From: a virus
Lineage: Duplodnaviria > Caudoviricetes
IMG/VR virus record: IMGVR_UViG_3300045902_000811
Coordinates: 1-30,086 of that record
Direction: 5' to 3' (one strand)
DNA length: 30,086 nt
The notes below the pieces were generated by a model. That model was given only the letters and a program-made list of their open reading frames with translations. It was not told the DNA's origin and made no database searches. This document shows, one piece after another, positions 22,962 to 30,086 of the stretch. Numbering within the stretch: position 1 is the first letter of the stretch; every line of letters starts with the position of its first letter. Position numbers and translations under genes: made by a program.

Positions 22962-24944
22962 ATGGCGAGCGCACAAGCAGTTCGGGCAGGTGCGGCGTAT
23001 GTGGAGTTGTTCACCCGCGACACCCGGCTCGTCAAGGGGCTCAACGCCGCGTCCGCCAGGCTGAAAGCGTTCGGGGCGAGCATCACTGCGCTGGGGGCAA
23101 AGCTCGCCGGCCTGGGCGTCACGCTGGCCCTTCCCTTCCTCGGCGCGGCCAAGCTGTTTGCGGACATGGGCAGTGACATGCTCGACATGTCGCAGCGAAC
23201 CGGCGTGGCGGTCGAGGCCCTGTCCGAGCTGCGCTACGCGGCCGAGCAGTCGGGGTCCGGCGCGGAGGACCTGGAGAAGGGCCTTCGCACCATGAGCCGC
23301 AACATCATCGCGGCGGCCCGCGGCTCGGCGTCGGCCCGGCAGGACCTGGCCCGCCTGGGGCTGACCATCGCCGACCTGACTGGGCTGTCGCCCGATCAGC
23401 AGTTCGAGCTGATCGCCGACCGCCTGTCACGGATTCAGAACCCGGCCAACCGCGCCACGATTGCGATGGAGATCTTCGGCCGCACCGGGGCCAGCCTGCT
23501 GCCGCTCCTGTCCACGGGAGCCCAGGGCATCCAAGAGCTGCGCCGGGAGGCGAACGGCCTGGGCCTGACCATGAGCACCGAGGACACGCAGGCGGCCGAG
23601 GCGTTCGGCGACGCGCTCTCAACGCTGTGGCGGTCGCTCAAGCAGGTGGTCTTCATGGTCGGCGCGGCGCTGGCCCCGACGCTCCAGGCCGTTGCCCAGT
23701 GGATCACCCGCGTCGCCGCCAACAGCGCGGCGTGGATCGACGAGAACCGCGAGGTCATCACGATCATCGCGGCGGTGGTCGCGGGGATCGTCGGCGTGGG
23801 CGCGGCCCTGATGATCCTCGGGCCGATGATCTCGGCGGTCGGCACGGCCATCGGGCTGGTGACCTTCGCCATCTCCGCGGCCACGACGGCGGTGAGCCTG
23901 CTCGGGGCGGCCATCGGTTTTCTGCTGTCTCCCATCGGCTTGGTGGTCGCGGCTGTCGGAGGCATCGCCGCCGCGGTCCTGTTCGCCACCGACGAAGGGA
24001 ACATGGCCCTGGAGTCGCTCGGCCAGGGGTTCGATCAACTCCTGGGTGCGGCGGGTACGGCCTGGCAGGGCATCCAGGACGCCATCGCGGCGGGCGACCT
24101 GGGCGGGGCGATGGAGGTCGCCTGGCTCGGCATCCAGGTCGTCTGGGAAGCAGGGATTACAGCCATCAGCGCGGCGTGGCGGCGCTTCAAATCGTTCTTC
24201 GTGGAGCTGTTCTGGACGGCGGTCTATGCCGTCGCCCGCGCCTTCAACACCGCCTGGACGGGGATCGAGGTCGCCTTCTGGACCGTGGTCAATGCCTTGG
24301 CCGATGGCTGGGACACCTTCTGCACCGGCCTGCAGATCGCCTTCAACGAGTTCGTCGGCTTCTTCCGCCGGGCCTGGGCGCGGGTGCGGAACCTGTTCAG
24401 CCCGTCCACGGCCCGGCGCGAGGTCGAGGCCATCAACCGCGAGGTCGAGCAGCAGAACCGCGAGGCCCGTCAGCGCCTCGACCGCCGGGTCCAGGAGCGC
24501 GCCCGGCGCGTCGATCAGGCGCGAGAGGGCGGCCGCCAGCGCGAGGAAGCGCTGAACCAGATGCAGGAGGAGGAGCGCCGGGAGCGGCAGCGAGAACTCG
24601 AAGCCGCCAACGCCGCCGACCAGGAGCGGGTGGCCGAGGCCCAGCGGGCGCTGGAACAGCGGGCCGCCGAGCTGGCCGCCCAGCGCGAACAAGCAGAGCT
24701 GGAACGCGAACTGGCGGCGGCAGATCGCGAGGCGCAGCGCGCCCGCCGCCCGGAGTTGGACCTGGAAGGACTGGACGAGGCCGAGGCCAAGACGGACGTG
24801 AAGGGGACCTTCAGCGCCTTCGCCGTCGCCGGCCTGGGCTCCGACAGCCTGGCCGAGCGCACCGCCCGCGCCAGCGAGCAGGTGGCGCGCAACACCGGCC
24901 AGCTGGTCCGGGAGGCGCAGAACGGCGGTCTGGTCTTCGCGTGA
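22962..24944 (+). CDS. Tail tape measure protein (660 aa)
   Basis: Ala-rich helical sequence, hydrophobic segment, periodic W/F, C-terminal coiled coil; start set at ATG 22962 (MASAQAVRAG). Confidence 0.88.
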   Translation: MASAQAVRAGAAYVELFTRDTRLVKGLNAASARLKAFGASITALGAKLAGLGVTLALPFLGAAKLFADMGSDMLDMSQRTGVAVEALSELRYAAEQSGSGAEDLEKGLRTMSRNIIAAARGSASARQDLARLGLTIADLTGLSPDQQFELIADRLSRIQNPANRATIAMEIFGRTGASLLPLLSTGAQGIQELRREANGLGLTMSTEDTQAAEAFGDALSTLWRSLKQVVFMVGAALAPTLQAVAQWITRVAANSAAWIDENREVITIIAAVVAGIVGVGAALMILGPMISAVGTAIGLVTFAISAATTAVSLLGAAIGFLLSPIGLVVAAVGGIAAAVLFATDEGNMALESLGQGFDQLLGAAGTAWQGIQDAIAAGDLGGAMEVAWLGIQVVWEAGITAISAAWRRFKSFFVELFWTAVYAVARAFNTAWTGIEVAFWTVVNALADGWDTFCTGLQIAFNEFVGFFRRAWARVRNLFSPSTARREVEAINREVEQQNREARQRLDRRVQERARRVDQAREGGRQREEALNQMQEEERRERQRELEAANAADQERVAEAQRALEQRAAELAAQREQAELERELAAADREAQRARRPELDLEGLDEAEAKTDVKGTFSAFAVAGLGSDSLAERTARASEQVARNTGQLVREAQNGGLVFA

Positions 24945-24954
24945 GGGACAGACA

Positions 24955-25746
24955 ATGGCGGTGATCATCGAGAAGTACGACAGCCGCGAGAGCACCGTCG
25001 GGGTCGAGAACCCCTCGGTCGATCTGCTGTACGTCGTGGACGGCACCGAGGACGACGCCGCCGTGCGCGCCATCGTCGAGGCCACGATCCCGGCCATCTA
25101 CGCCGGCCTGGTGTTCCAGAGCTACCGCATCGCCCACCAGGGCAGCGGCCTGTGGGAGGTCTCCGTCCGCTACGGCAAGCTGGAGCCGAAGGAGCCGGGC
25201 GAGTCCAGCTTCAGTTTCGACACCGGCGGTGGCACGACCCACATCACGCAGAGCATCGCCACGGTCAACAGCTACGCCCCGCCCGGCGAGGACCCGCCTG
25301 ATTTCAAGGGCGCGATTGGCGTCAACAACGATTCGGTCGAGGGGACCGACATCACCATCCCGGTCTACAACTTCAAGGAGACGCACTACATCCCCGTCGC
25401 GCTGGTCACGCCCGCCTACAAGGCGATCCTCTTCTACCTCACCGGCAAGGTCAACGCCGCGCCGTTCAAGGGCTTCGCGCCCGGCGAGGTGCTTTTCCAA
25501 GGCGCGTCCGGCTCGCAGCGCGGCCAGGAGGACTGGGAGATCACCTTCAGCTTCGCCGCCAGCCCCAATGCCGTTGGGCTGACGATGGGCGACATAGGCG
25601 GCATCGACAAGAAGGGTTGGGAGTACCTCTGGGTGCGCTACCAGGACGCCGAGGACGAGGACGTGCTGGTCAAGCAGCCGGCGGCGGTCTACGTGGAGCA
25701 GGTCTACCCGTATGGGGATTTCTCACTCTTGGGGATCGGCACCTGA
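24955..25746 (+). CDS. Putative tail tip/distal tail protein
   Basis: Directly follows the tape measure gene; beta-rich; strong codon bias. Confidence 0.6.
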   Translation: MAVIIEKYDSRESTVGVENPSVDLLYVVDGTEDDAAVRAIVEATIPAIYAGLVFQSYRIAHQGSGLWEVSVRYGKLEPKEPGESSFSFDTGGGTTHITQSIATVNSYAPPGEDPPDFKGAIGVNNDSVEGTDITIPVYNFKETHYIPVALVTPAYKAILFYLTGKVNAAPFKGFAPGEVLFQGASGSQRGQEDWEITFSFAASPNAVGLTMGDIGGIDKKGWEYLWVRYQDAEDEDVLVKQPAAVYVEQVYPYGDFSLLGIGT

Positions 25747-26426
25747 TGGCCGGCGACGCCTTCAAGAAGGTCCAGCCGGGCCAGCGGCTGGAGATCACCG
25801 CCGAGGCGTTCAACGCCTTCCTCGACGCCGCCCGCGCCGTGCGCGAGCACAAGGTATTCGGCACCGAGGCGGCGCAGTTCTTCCGGCAGAGCGGCATCGT
25901 CAAGGTCAAGAACGTGTCGGGCGCGGACCGGGGGCGGTTCGCCGTGCTGGGCCTGACCGAGCCGATCATCCTCCCGGCCGACAATGAGAGCGAGTTCAAG
26001 CGGCAGGTGACGTTCGAGGGGGTCGTTCCCGCCAAGAACGACCACAAGGGCAAGTTCGCCGTCCTCCTGGAGCCGGTCGCGGACGGCAAGATCGGCCTGG
26101 GGGTGGTCGCCGGCGTCGTGCCGGTGCGCCTGCAGGTCGATCCGGCAAAGCTCTACGACTGCGCCGAGATCATCGACGACAACACGCAGGCCTTGCGGAA
26201 CGTGCCGCACGGCTCGGCGCGGGTGCTGTGGGTCGAGGCAACCGGCTCGACCGAGCGCTGGGCCGTCGTGCGGCTGGATGACGGCGACCACCAGGCCCAC
26301 GTGCTCATCACCGGCAACGTGCCCGACGCCGACGGCTATTACCCCGGCGAGGTGCAGCGCTACGACGTGGACACGAAGACCTGGCAGACGCTGTTCGCGT
26401 GCAAGGTGCTGGACATCAACCAATGA
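25746..26426 (+). CDS. Putative tail protein
   Basis: ATG overlaps the upstream stop (MAGDAFKK...); strong codon bias. Confidence 0.6.
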   Translation: MAGDAFKKVQPGQRLEITAEAFNAFLDAARAVREHKVFGTEAAQFFRQSGIVKVKNVSGADRGRFAVLGLTEPIILPADNESEFKRQVTFEGVVPAKNDHKGKFAVLLEPVADGKIGLGVVAGVVPVRLQVDPAKLYDCAEIIDDNTQALRNVPHGSARVLWVEATGSTERWAVVRLDDGDHQAHVLITGNVPDADGYYPGEVQRYDVDTKTWQTLFACKVLDINQ

Positions 26427-27913
26427 TCCTGGAGCAGCGATACCTGGCGCGGTTCGTGGGGCCGAAAGGCGGCGTGCCGGTGTACGCGCTCGGCTGTCCG
26501 GGATCGGGTTCGGGGCCGGCGGCGTTCCACACGTCCGTGCCCCGCGTGCTGGCCCGGTTCCTGGGGCTCAAAGGCGGCATGCCGCTCTACGGCTACTCCA
26601 CCTGCGAGTTCCCGCACATTGGCCGCTACCTGATGCGCTTCGTCGGCATGACGGCGGACAACGTGCCGGTGTACGCGCTCGGCTGCTGCCTGAAATCGTC
26701 GAGCGGGTCGTCCGGCGTCAGCGGGTCATCGGGCGAAAGCTCGGGCTACAGGGGCTCCTCCGGGGAAAGCGGCTCGTCGGGCGAAAGCTCGGGGTTCAGT
26801 GGGTCTTCCGGCGCGAGTTCCGGCGTCAGTGGATCGTCGGGCGCGAGTTCCGGTCTGAGCGGTTCGTCGGGTAACGGCTCCGGGGGCAGCGGCTCCTCCG
26901 GCAGCGGCCCCGGATCGAGCGGTCTGTCAGGAGCAAGCTCCGGGGCGAGCGGTTCGGCGAGCGGCTCCGGCTCGGTCAGTGGCTCCGCAGGCTCGGGAAC
27001 CTCGGGCACGAGCGGAACGAGCGGCTTGGGCTCGGGCACCAGCGGCGCTACCAGTGGCCCGAGCGGCTCGGCGAGCGGCAGCGGGTCGGGATCGGCCGCC
27101 GGCAGCGCCTCGGGAAGCGGCTCGGTGCCGGGGTCCGGTTCCGCATCCAGCGGCGCCCCCGGCTCGGCGTCGGCATCCGGCAGCGGCATCGGGTCCGCGG
27201 CCAGCTCTGGCGTCGGGTCGTCGGGGCTTGGCTCCTCGGGCGCGGGGAGCGGTTCCGGCCCCACCAGCTCGGGCGCGACCAGTGGGCCTGCGTCCGGCGG
27301 TTCCGTGGGGTCGAGCGGCGGCTCTCTCCCCGGTTCGGTTCCGGGTAGCGCTTCCGCGCCAGGCGGTTCGGGACCGGGAGGGAGTACTGGCTCGGGATCG
27401 TCCGGCTCGGGCTCGGGGACCGGCTCCGACTCCGGCGGTTCCTCCGGCCTCGGGTCGGCGACCGGGCCGTCCGGCAGCGGCTCATGCCCCGAGTACGACT
27501 GGGAGATGGCAGCCCTCGGCGGGGCCTCGTGGTCTGGCGGCGGCCGGTCCGTCCGCATCAGCTTCCAGGACTCCGAGAATTGCGGCGGCACGAACGCCAA
27601 CACGCAGTCCGGCACCGCCTCGCGCCGTGTGTGCCTCAGCACGCCGCAGCGCCTGACCATCAACATGACCGGCCTCGTCGAGACGCAGAACGGCGGCTTC
27701 GAGCAGGCCGAGGCGCGCGTCAACGGCCAGGTGGTCGCCTCCGGCGGCTCCTACGAGGAAGGCGGCGGTTGCGCCATGCGCGAGGCCACGACCGGCGGCT
27801 CCATCGACCTGCCCGCCGGCGAGCACCTGATCGAGCTGTCCGCCAGCACGAACGACCCGCTGTACCACGTCGGCGCGTACTGGCAATTCGACTTCACCTG
27901 GGAGCCCTTATGA
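26423..27913 (+). CDS. Ser/Gly-rich putative tail fibre/appendage protein
   Basis: Three N-terminal L.RF.G....P.Y...C repeats, about 260 aa of S/G low complexity, C-terminal beta-rich Cys-containing domain; ATGA overlaps at both ends. Confidence 0.75.
   Translation: MILEQRYLARFVGPKGGVPVYALGCPGSGSGPAAFHTSVPRVLARFLGLKGGMPLYGYSTCEFPHIGRYLMRFVGMTADNVPVYALGCCLKSSSGSSGVSGSSGESSGYRGSSGESGSSGESSGFSGSSGASSGVSGSSGASSGLSGSSGNGSGGSGSSGSGPGSSGLSGASSGASGSASGSGSVSGSAGSGTSGTSGTSGLGSGTSGATSGPSGSASGSGSGSAAGSASGSGSVPGSGSASSGAPGSASASGSGIGSAASSGVGSSGLGSSGAGSGSGPTSSGATSGPASGGSVGSSGGSLPGSVPGSASAPGGSGPGGSTGSGSSGSGSGTGSDSGGSSGLGSATGPSGSGSCPEYDWEMAALGGASWSGGGRSVRISFQDSENCGGTNANTQSGTASRRVCLSTPQRLTINMTGLVETQNGGFEQAEARVNGQVVASGGSYEEGGGCAMREATTGGSIDLPAGEHLIELSASTNDPLYHVGAYWQFDFTWEPL
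26695..27485 (+). repeat. Ser/Gly low-complexity coding tract including 10-aa SSG(E/A)SSGxSG units
   Basis: Approximately 30-bp degenerate tandem units near 26726-26870, then less regular S/G/A/P/T repeats. Confidence 0.85.
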
Positions 27914-29247
27914 GCACGACTGTCCTTCACGAGAAGGCCATCGACTGGACCAGCTGCGCCTCGGCCACGCCCGACCTCTCGGTCGAGGACATGATCCAGC
28001 TGATCGAACACGCCCCGCCCGGCCCCTGGCCTTCCGGCTGGGCGTCCTGGCCCAACGTCAATAAGGCCCACCGCGTCATGGCCCGGCGCTTCGCCGAGGA
28101 CCTGACCCCTGGCCGGCACGCCTACGCCGAGGAGCGCGGCATCGTCATCGCCGGCGGCGGGCTGAAGTACTTCCCGAGCGTCTGGGTCTGCATCAACCTG
28201 GTCCGGCACTTCGGCTGCAAGCTGCCGATCCAGCTCTGGTATCTGGGCGACGGTGAGTGCGACCCCTACATGCGGCGGCTGCTCAAGCCCCTCGGCGTCG
28301 AGTGCGTCGATGCCCGCAAGCTGGAGAAAGACCTCCCCTGCCGCATCCTGTGCGGCTGGGAGCTGAAGCCGTACTCGACGCTCCACGCGCCCTTCGCCCA
28401 GGTGCTCTTCCTCGACGCCGACAACGGGCCGGTGCGGGACGTGACCTACCTCTTCGACACGCCGCAGTTCCGGGAGCACGGCGCGGTCTTCTGGCCCGAC
28501 TACGCCTGCTGGACGCTGAAGCTGGAGGTGTGGACCATCTTCGGCATGGAGTGGATGGTGCCGCGGGCGCAGCAGGAGGTCGCCTTCGAGTCGGGCCAGT
28601 ACCTGATTGACAAGACCCGCTGCTGGCGCGAGCTGCGGATGGCCCTCTGGTACGCCGAGCACTCCGACTTCGTGTTCCGCGTCGTCTACGGCGACAAGGA
28701 GTGCTTCCACCTGGCCTGGCGGTTCCTGGGCACCGAGTACGCCATGCCTCCCAAGGCGCCCGGCTGGAACCAGCACACCATCGTGCAGTACGACTTTGAC
28801 GACCGGATCGTCTTCCAGCACCGCTGCCAGGACAAGTGGCGCCTGGCTGGCAACCGCCGCAACAACTCCCTGGCCAACGAGGAGCTGTGCTTCCACCTCG
28901 TGGCCGATCTGCGCAAGCGCTGGGACGGTGTCCTCTGGCACAACCCGGACCCCACGCCCGAGGAGCAGCGGATCATCGACGAACTGAGCGGCCGGCGCTT
29001 CCTCTACCGCCGGGTCGGCTACGACGAGCGGCCCATGCGCCTGGAACGAGGGGCGAAGGTCGGGGAGGGGGCGGCCGAGTGCGAGCGGCGCTGGGACGTG
29101 AACATCGACGACGGCCGGGCGGTCCTGACCCTGAGCCGGCTGGACCGGCCGACCTGTCATTTGCAGCGCAACGGCGACGCGGTCTGGAAGGGCCAGTGGC
29201 TGGAGCACGAGCGCATGCCCATCGAGTTCATCCCCCTGGAGAATTGA
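27910..29247 (+). CDS. Glycosyltransferase resembling the GT71/Mannosyl_trans3 (MNN2-like) family, with an extra C-terminal domain
   Basis: RGIVIAGG, K..S..HAPF.QVLFLDADN, LFD...F...GAVFWPD, ESGQ.LIDK, YGDKE.F.LAW. Confidence 0.8.
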   Translation: MSTTVLHEKAIDWTSCASATPDLSVEDMIQLIEHAPPGPWPSGWASWPNVNKAHRVMARRFAEDLTPGRHAYAEERGIVIAGGGLKYFPSVWVCINLVRHFGCKLPIQLWYLGDGECDPYMRRLLKPLGVECVDARKLEKDLPCRILCGWELKPYSTLHAPFAQVLFLDADNGPVRDVTYLFDTPQFREHGAVFWPDYACWTLKLEVWTIFGMEWMVPRAQQEVAFESGQYLIDKTRCWRELRMALWYAEHSDFVFRVVYGDKECFHLAWRFLGTEYAMPPKAPGWNQHTIVQYDFDDRIVFQHRCQDKWRLAGNRRNNSLANEELCFHLVADLRKRWDGVLWHNPDPTPEEQRIIDELSGRRFLYRRVGYDERPMRLERGAKVGEGAAECERRWDVNIDDGRAVLTLSRLDRPTCHLQRNGDAVWKGQWLEHERMPIEFIPLEN

Positions 29248-29249
29248 CC

Positions 29250-30086
29250 ATGCCCCTGTCAGGTGAGTTGCGGGCCAGCCGGTTGGAACTGGAGGAGCAC
29301 AGCCGCAAGCACGCGGCGGGCGTCTACTACGGCGACCACCGCCTGCTGTGCCGGCTGCTGGGCGACTTCCTGGCGTTCGTCGATGCCCGCGACCTGATGC
29401 TCGGCCCGCGTCTGGTGCTGGACGGCTTCTGGGAGGCCTGGGTCACGCTGGCCGTCGCCCGCCATTTGCAGCCCGGCTGCTGGTGCGTCGATGTCGGCGC
29501 GAACTACGGCTACTACACGCTGCTCATGGCCGCCGCCTGCGGCCTCGAGGGCCGCGTCGTGGCCTGCGAGCCGCACCCGCTCCTGGCCGGGACATACCTG
29601 CCGCAGAACCTGGCCCTGAACGGCTTCCACCACGGCGTGGAGATTTGCCCGAAGGCGGTCGGCAACCTCGACGACCAGGCGGTGGACTTCGTCCTGCACA
29701 ACGGTGACTTCGCCACTTCGTCGCTGGAGCGCTGGGCCTACGCACACCGCTGCGGCACGGTGCAGGCGCCAGCGATCACGCTCGACCGGCTCTGCGCCGA
29801 CTGGCCACGCCTCGACCTGGTGAAGATCGACGCCGAGGGCGCGGAGGCCCTGGTCTGGGAAGGGATGCAGAAGGCGCTGCGCCACTTCCCGCACGCGGCC
29901 GTCGTCCTGGAGTTGCACCTGCAGCGCGACCCGCCGCAAGCCGTCAGCCTGCTCCACCAGATCGAACGCGCTGGCTATCTGCTCCGCTCGATCAACTATG
30001 AGGGGGAGATCGTGCCGACCGACGCGGCGACTGTCTTGGCACAGCCGCAGGAGCACTGGACCCTGTGGCTGCAGAAAGGAACGTGA
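29250..30086 (+). CDS. FkbM family SAM-dependent methyltransferase
   Basis: VDVGANYGYYT, VVACEP, ITLD, DLVKIDAEGAE. Confidence 0.9.
   Translation: MPLSGELRASRLELEEHSRKHAAGVYYGDHRLLCRLLGDFLAFVDARDLMLGPRLVLDGFWEAWVTLAVARHLQPGCWCVDVGANYGYYTLLMAAACGLEGRVVACEPHPLLAGTYLPQNLALNGFHHGVEICPKAVGNLDDQAVDFVLHNGDFATSSLERWAYAHRCGTVQAPAITLDRLCADWPRLDLVKIDAEGAEALVWEGMQKALRHFPHAAVVLELHLQRDPPQAVSLLHQIERAGYLLRSINYEGEIVPTDAATVLAQPQEHWTLWLQKGT

Larger units (their letters stand above)
1..30086. mobile_element. Lambda-like siphovirus/prophage segment; ends not visible
   Basis: Continuous phage replication, head and tail modules and no host housekeeping genes; att sites, integrase and terminase not seen. Confidence 0.93.

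Noticed and set aside
25114-25134. One-skip match of array B units (gt ca gc ta cg at gc) to the FQSYRIA codons
   Set aside because: Only 11/14 nt and it does not extend; a match this good is expected by chance in 30 kb
26695-27485. GGC/TCG-rich tract as a third pentamer array
   Set aside because: Periodicity is 3-nt and codon-based inside an intact ORF, so it is Ser/Gly coding low complexity

Overview
The whole 30 kb window is one GC-rich lambda-like siphovirus or prophage segment. A planctomycete host is my inference from the gene repertoire. It has three transcription blocks. (1) A + strand accessory operon (1-2771) encodes an amidoligase, a class II glutamine amidotransferase, a small ORF, a HARE-HTH protein and a Zn-ribbon protein, and is punctuated by two type II hammerhead ribozymes. 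(2) A - strand regulation/replication operon (13736 to 2838) encodes a hypothetical protein, an ECF-like sigma factor, a PD-(D/E)xK exonuclease, an AAA_24 ATPase, DUF669, a solo Cas7/RAMP-like protein, RusA, an SF2 helicase, a Prim-Pol/AAA_25 primase-helicase, a putative origin, a ParB-DNA methylase, a dATP/dGTP diphosphohydrolase and DUF1937. (3) A + strand virion operon (14066-30086) encodes portal, protease-capsid fusion, head-tail and tail genes, tape measure, two homing-type endonucleases and a secreted trypsin-like protease, and ends in a Ser/Gly-rich protein, a GT71-like glycosyltransferase and an FkbM methyltransferase. No terminase, integrase or lysis gene was recognised. The standout is the solo RAMP gene with two non-coding 5-bp-period GGY-NN arrays. 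Read with a one-base skip, the NN dinucleotides of the array next to the RAMP gene spell a near-copy (16/20 nt) of the adjacent DUF669 gene, which suggests a gapped-code RNA-guided system aimed at related phages. All calls are by eye, without database searches.
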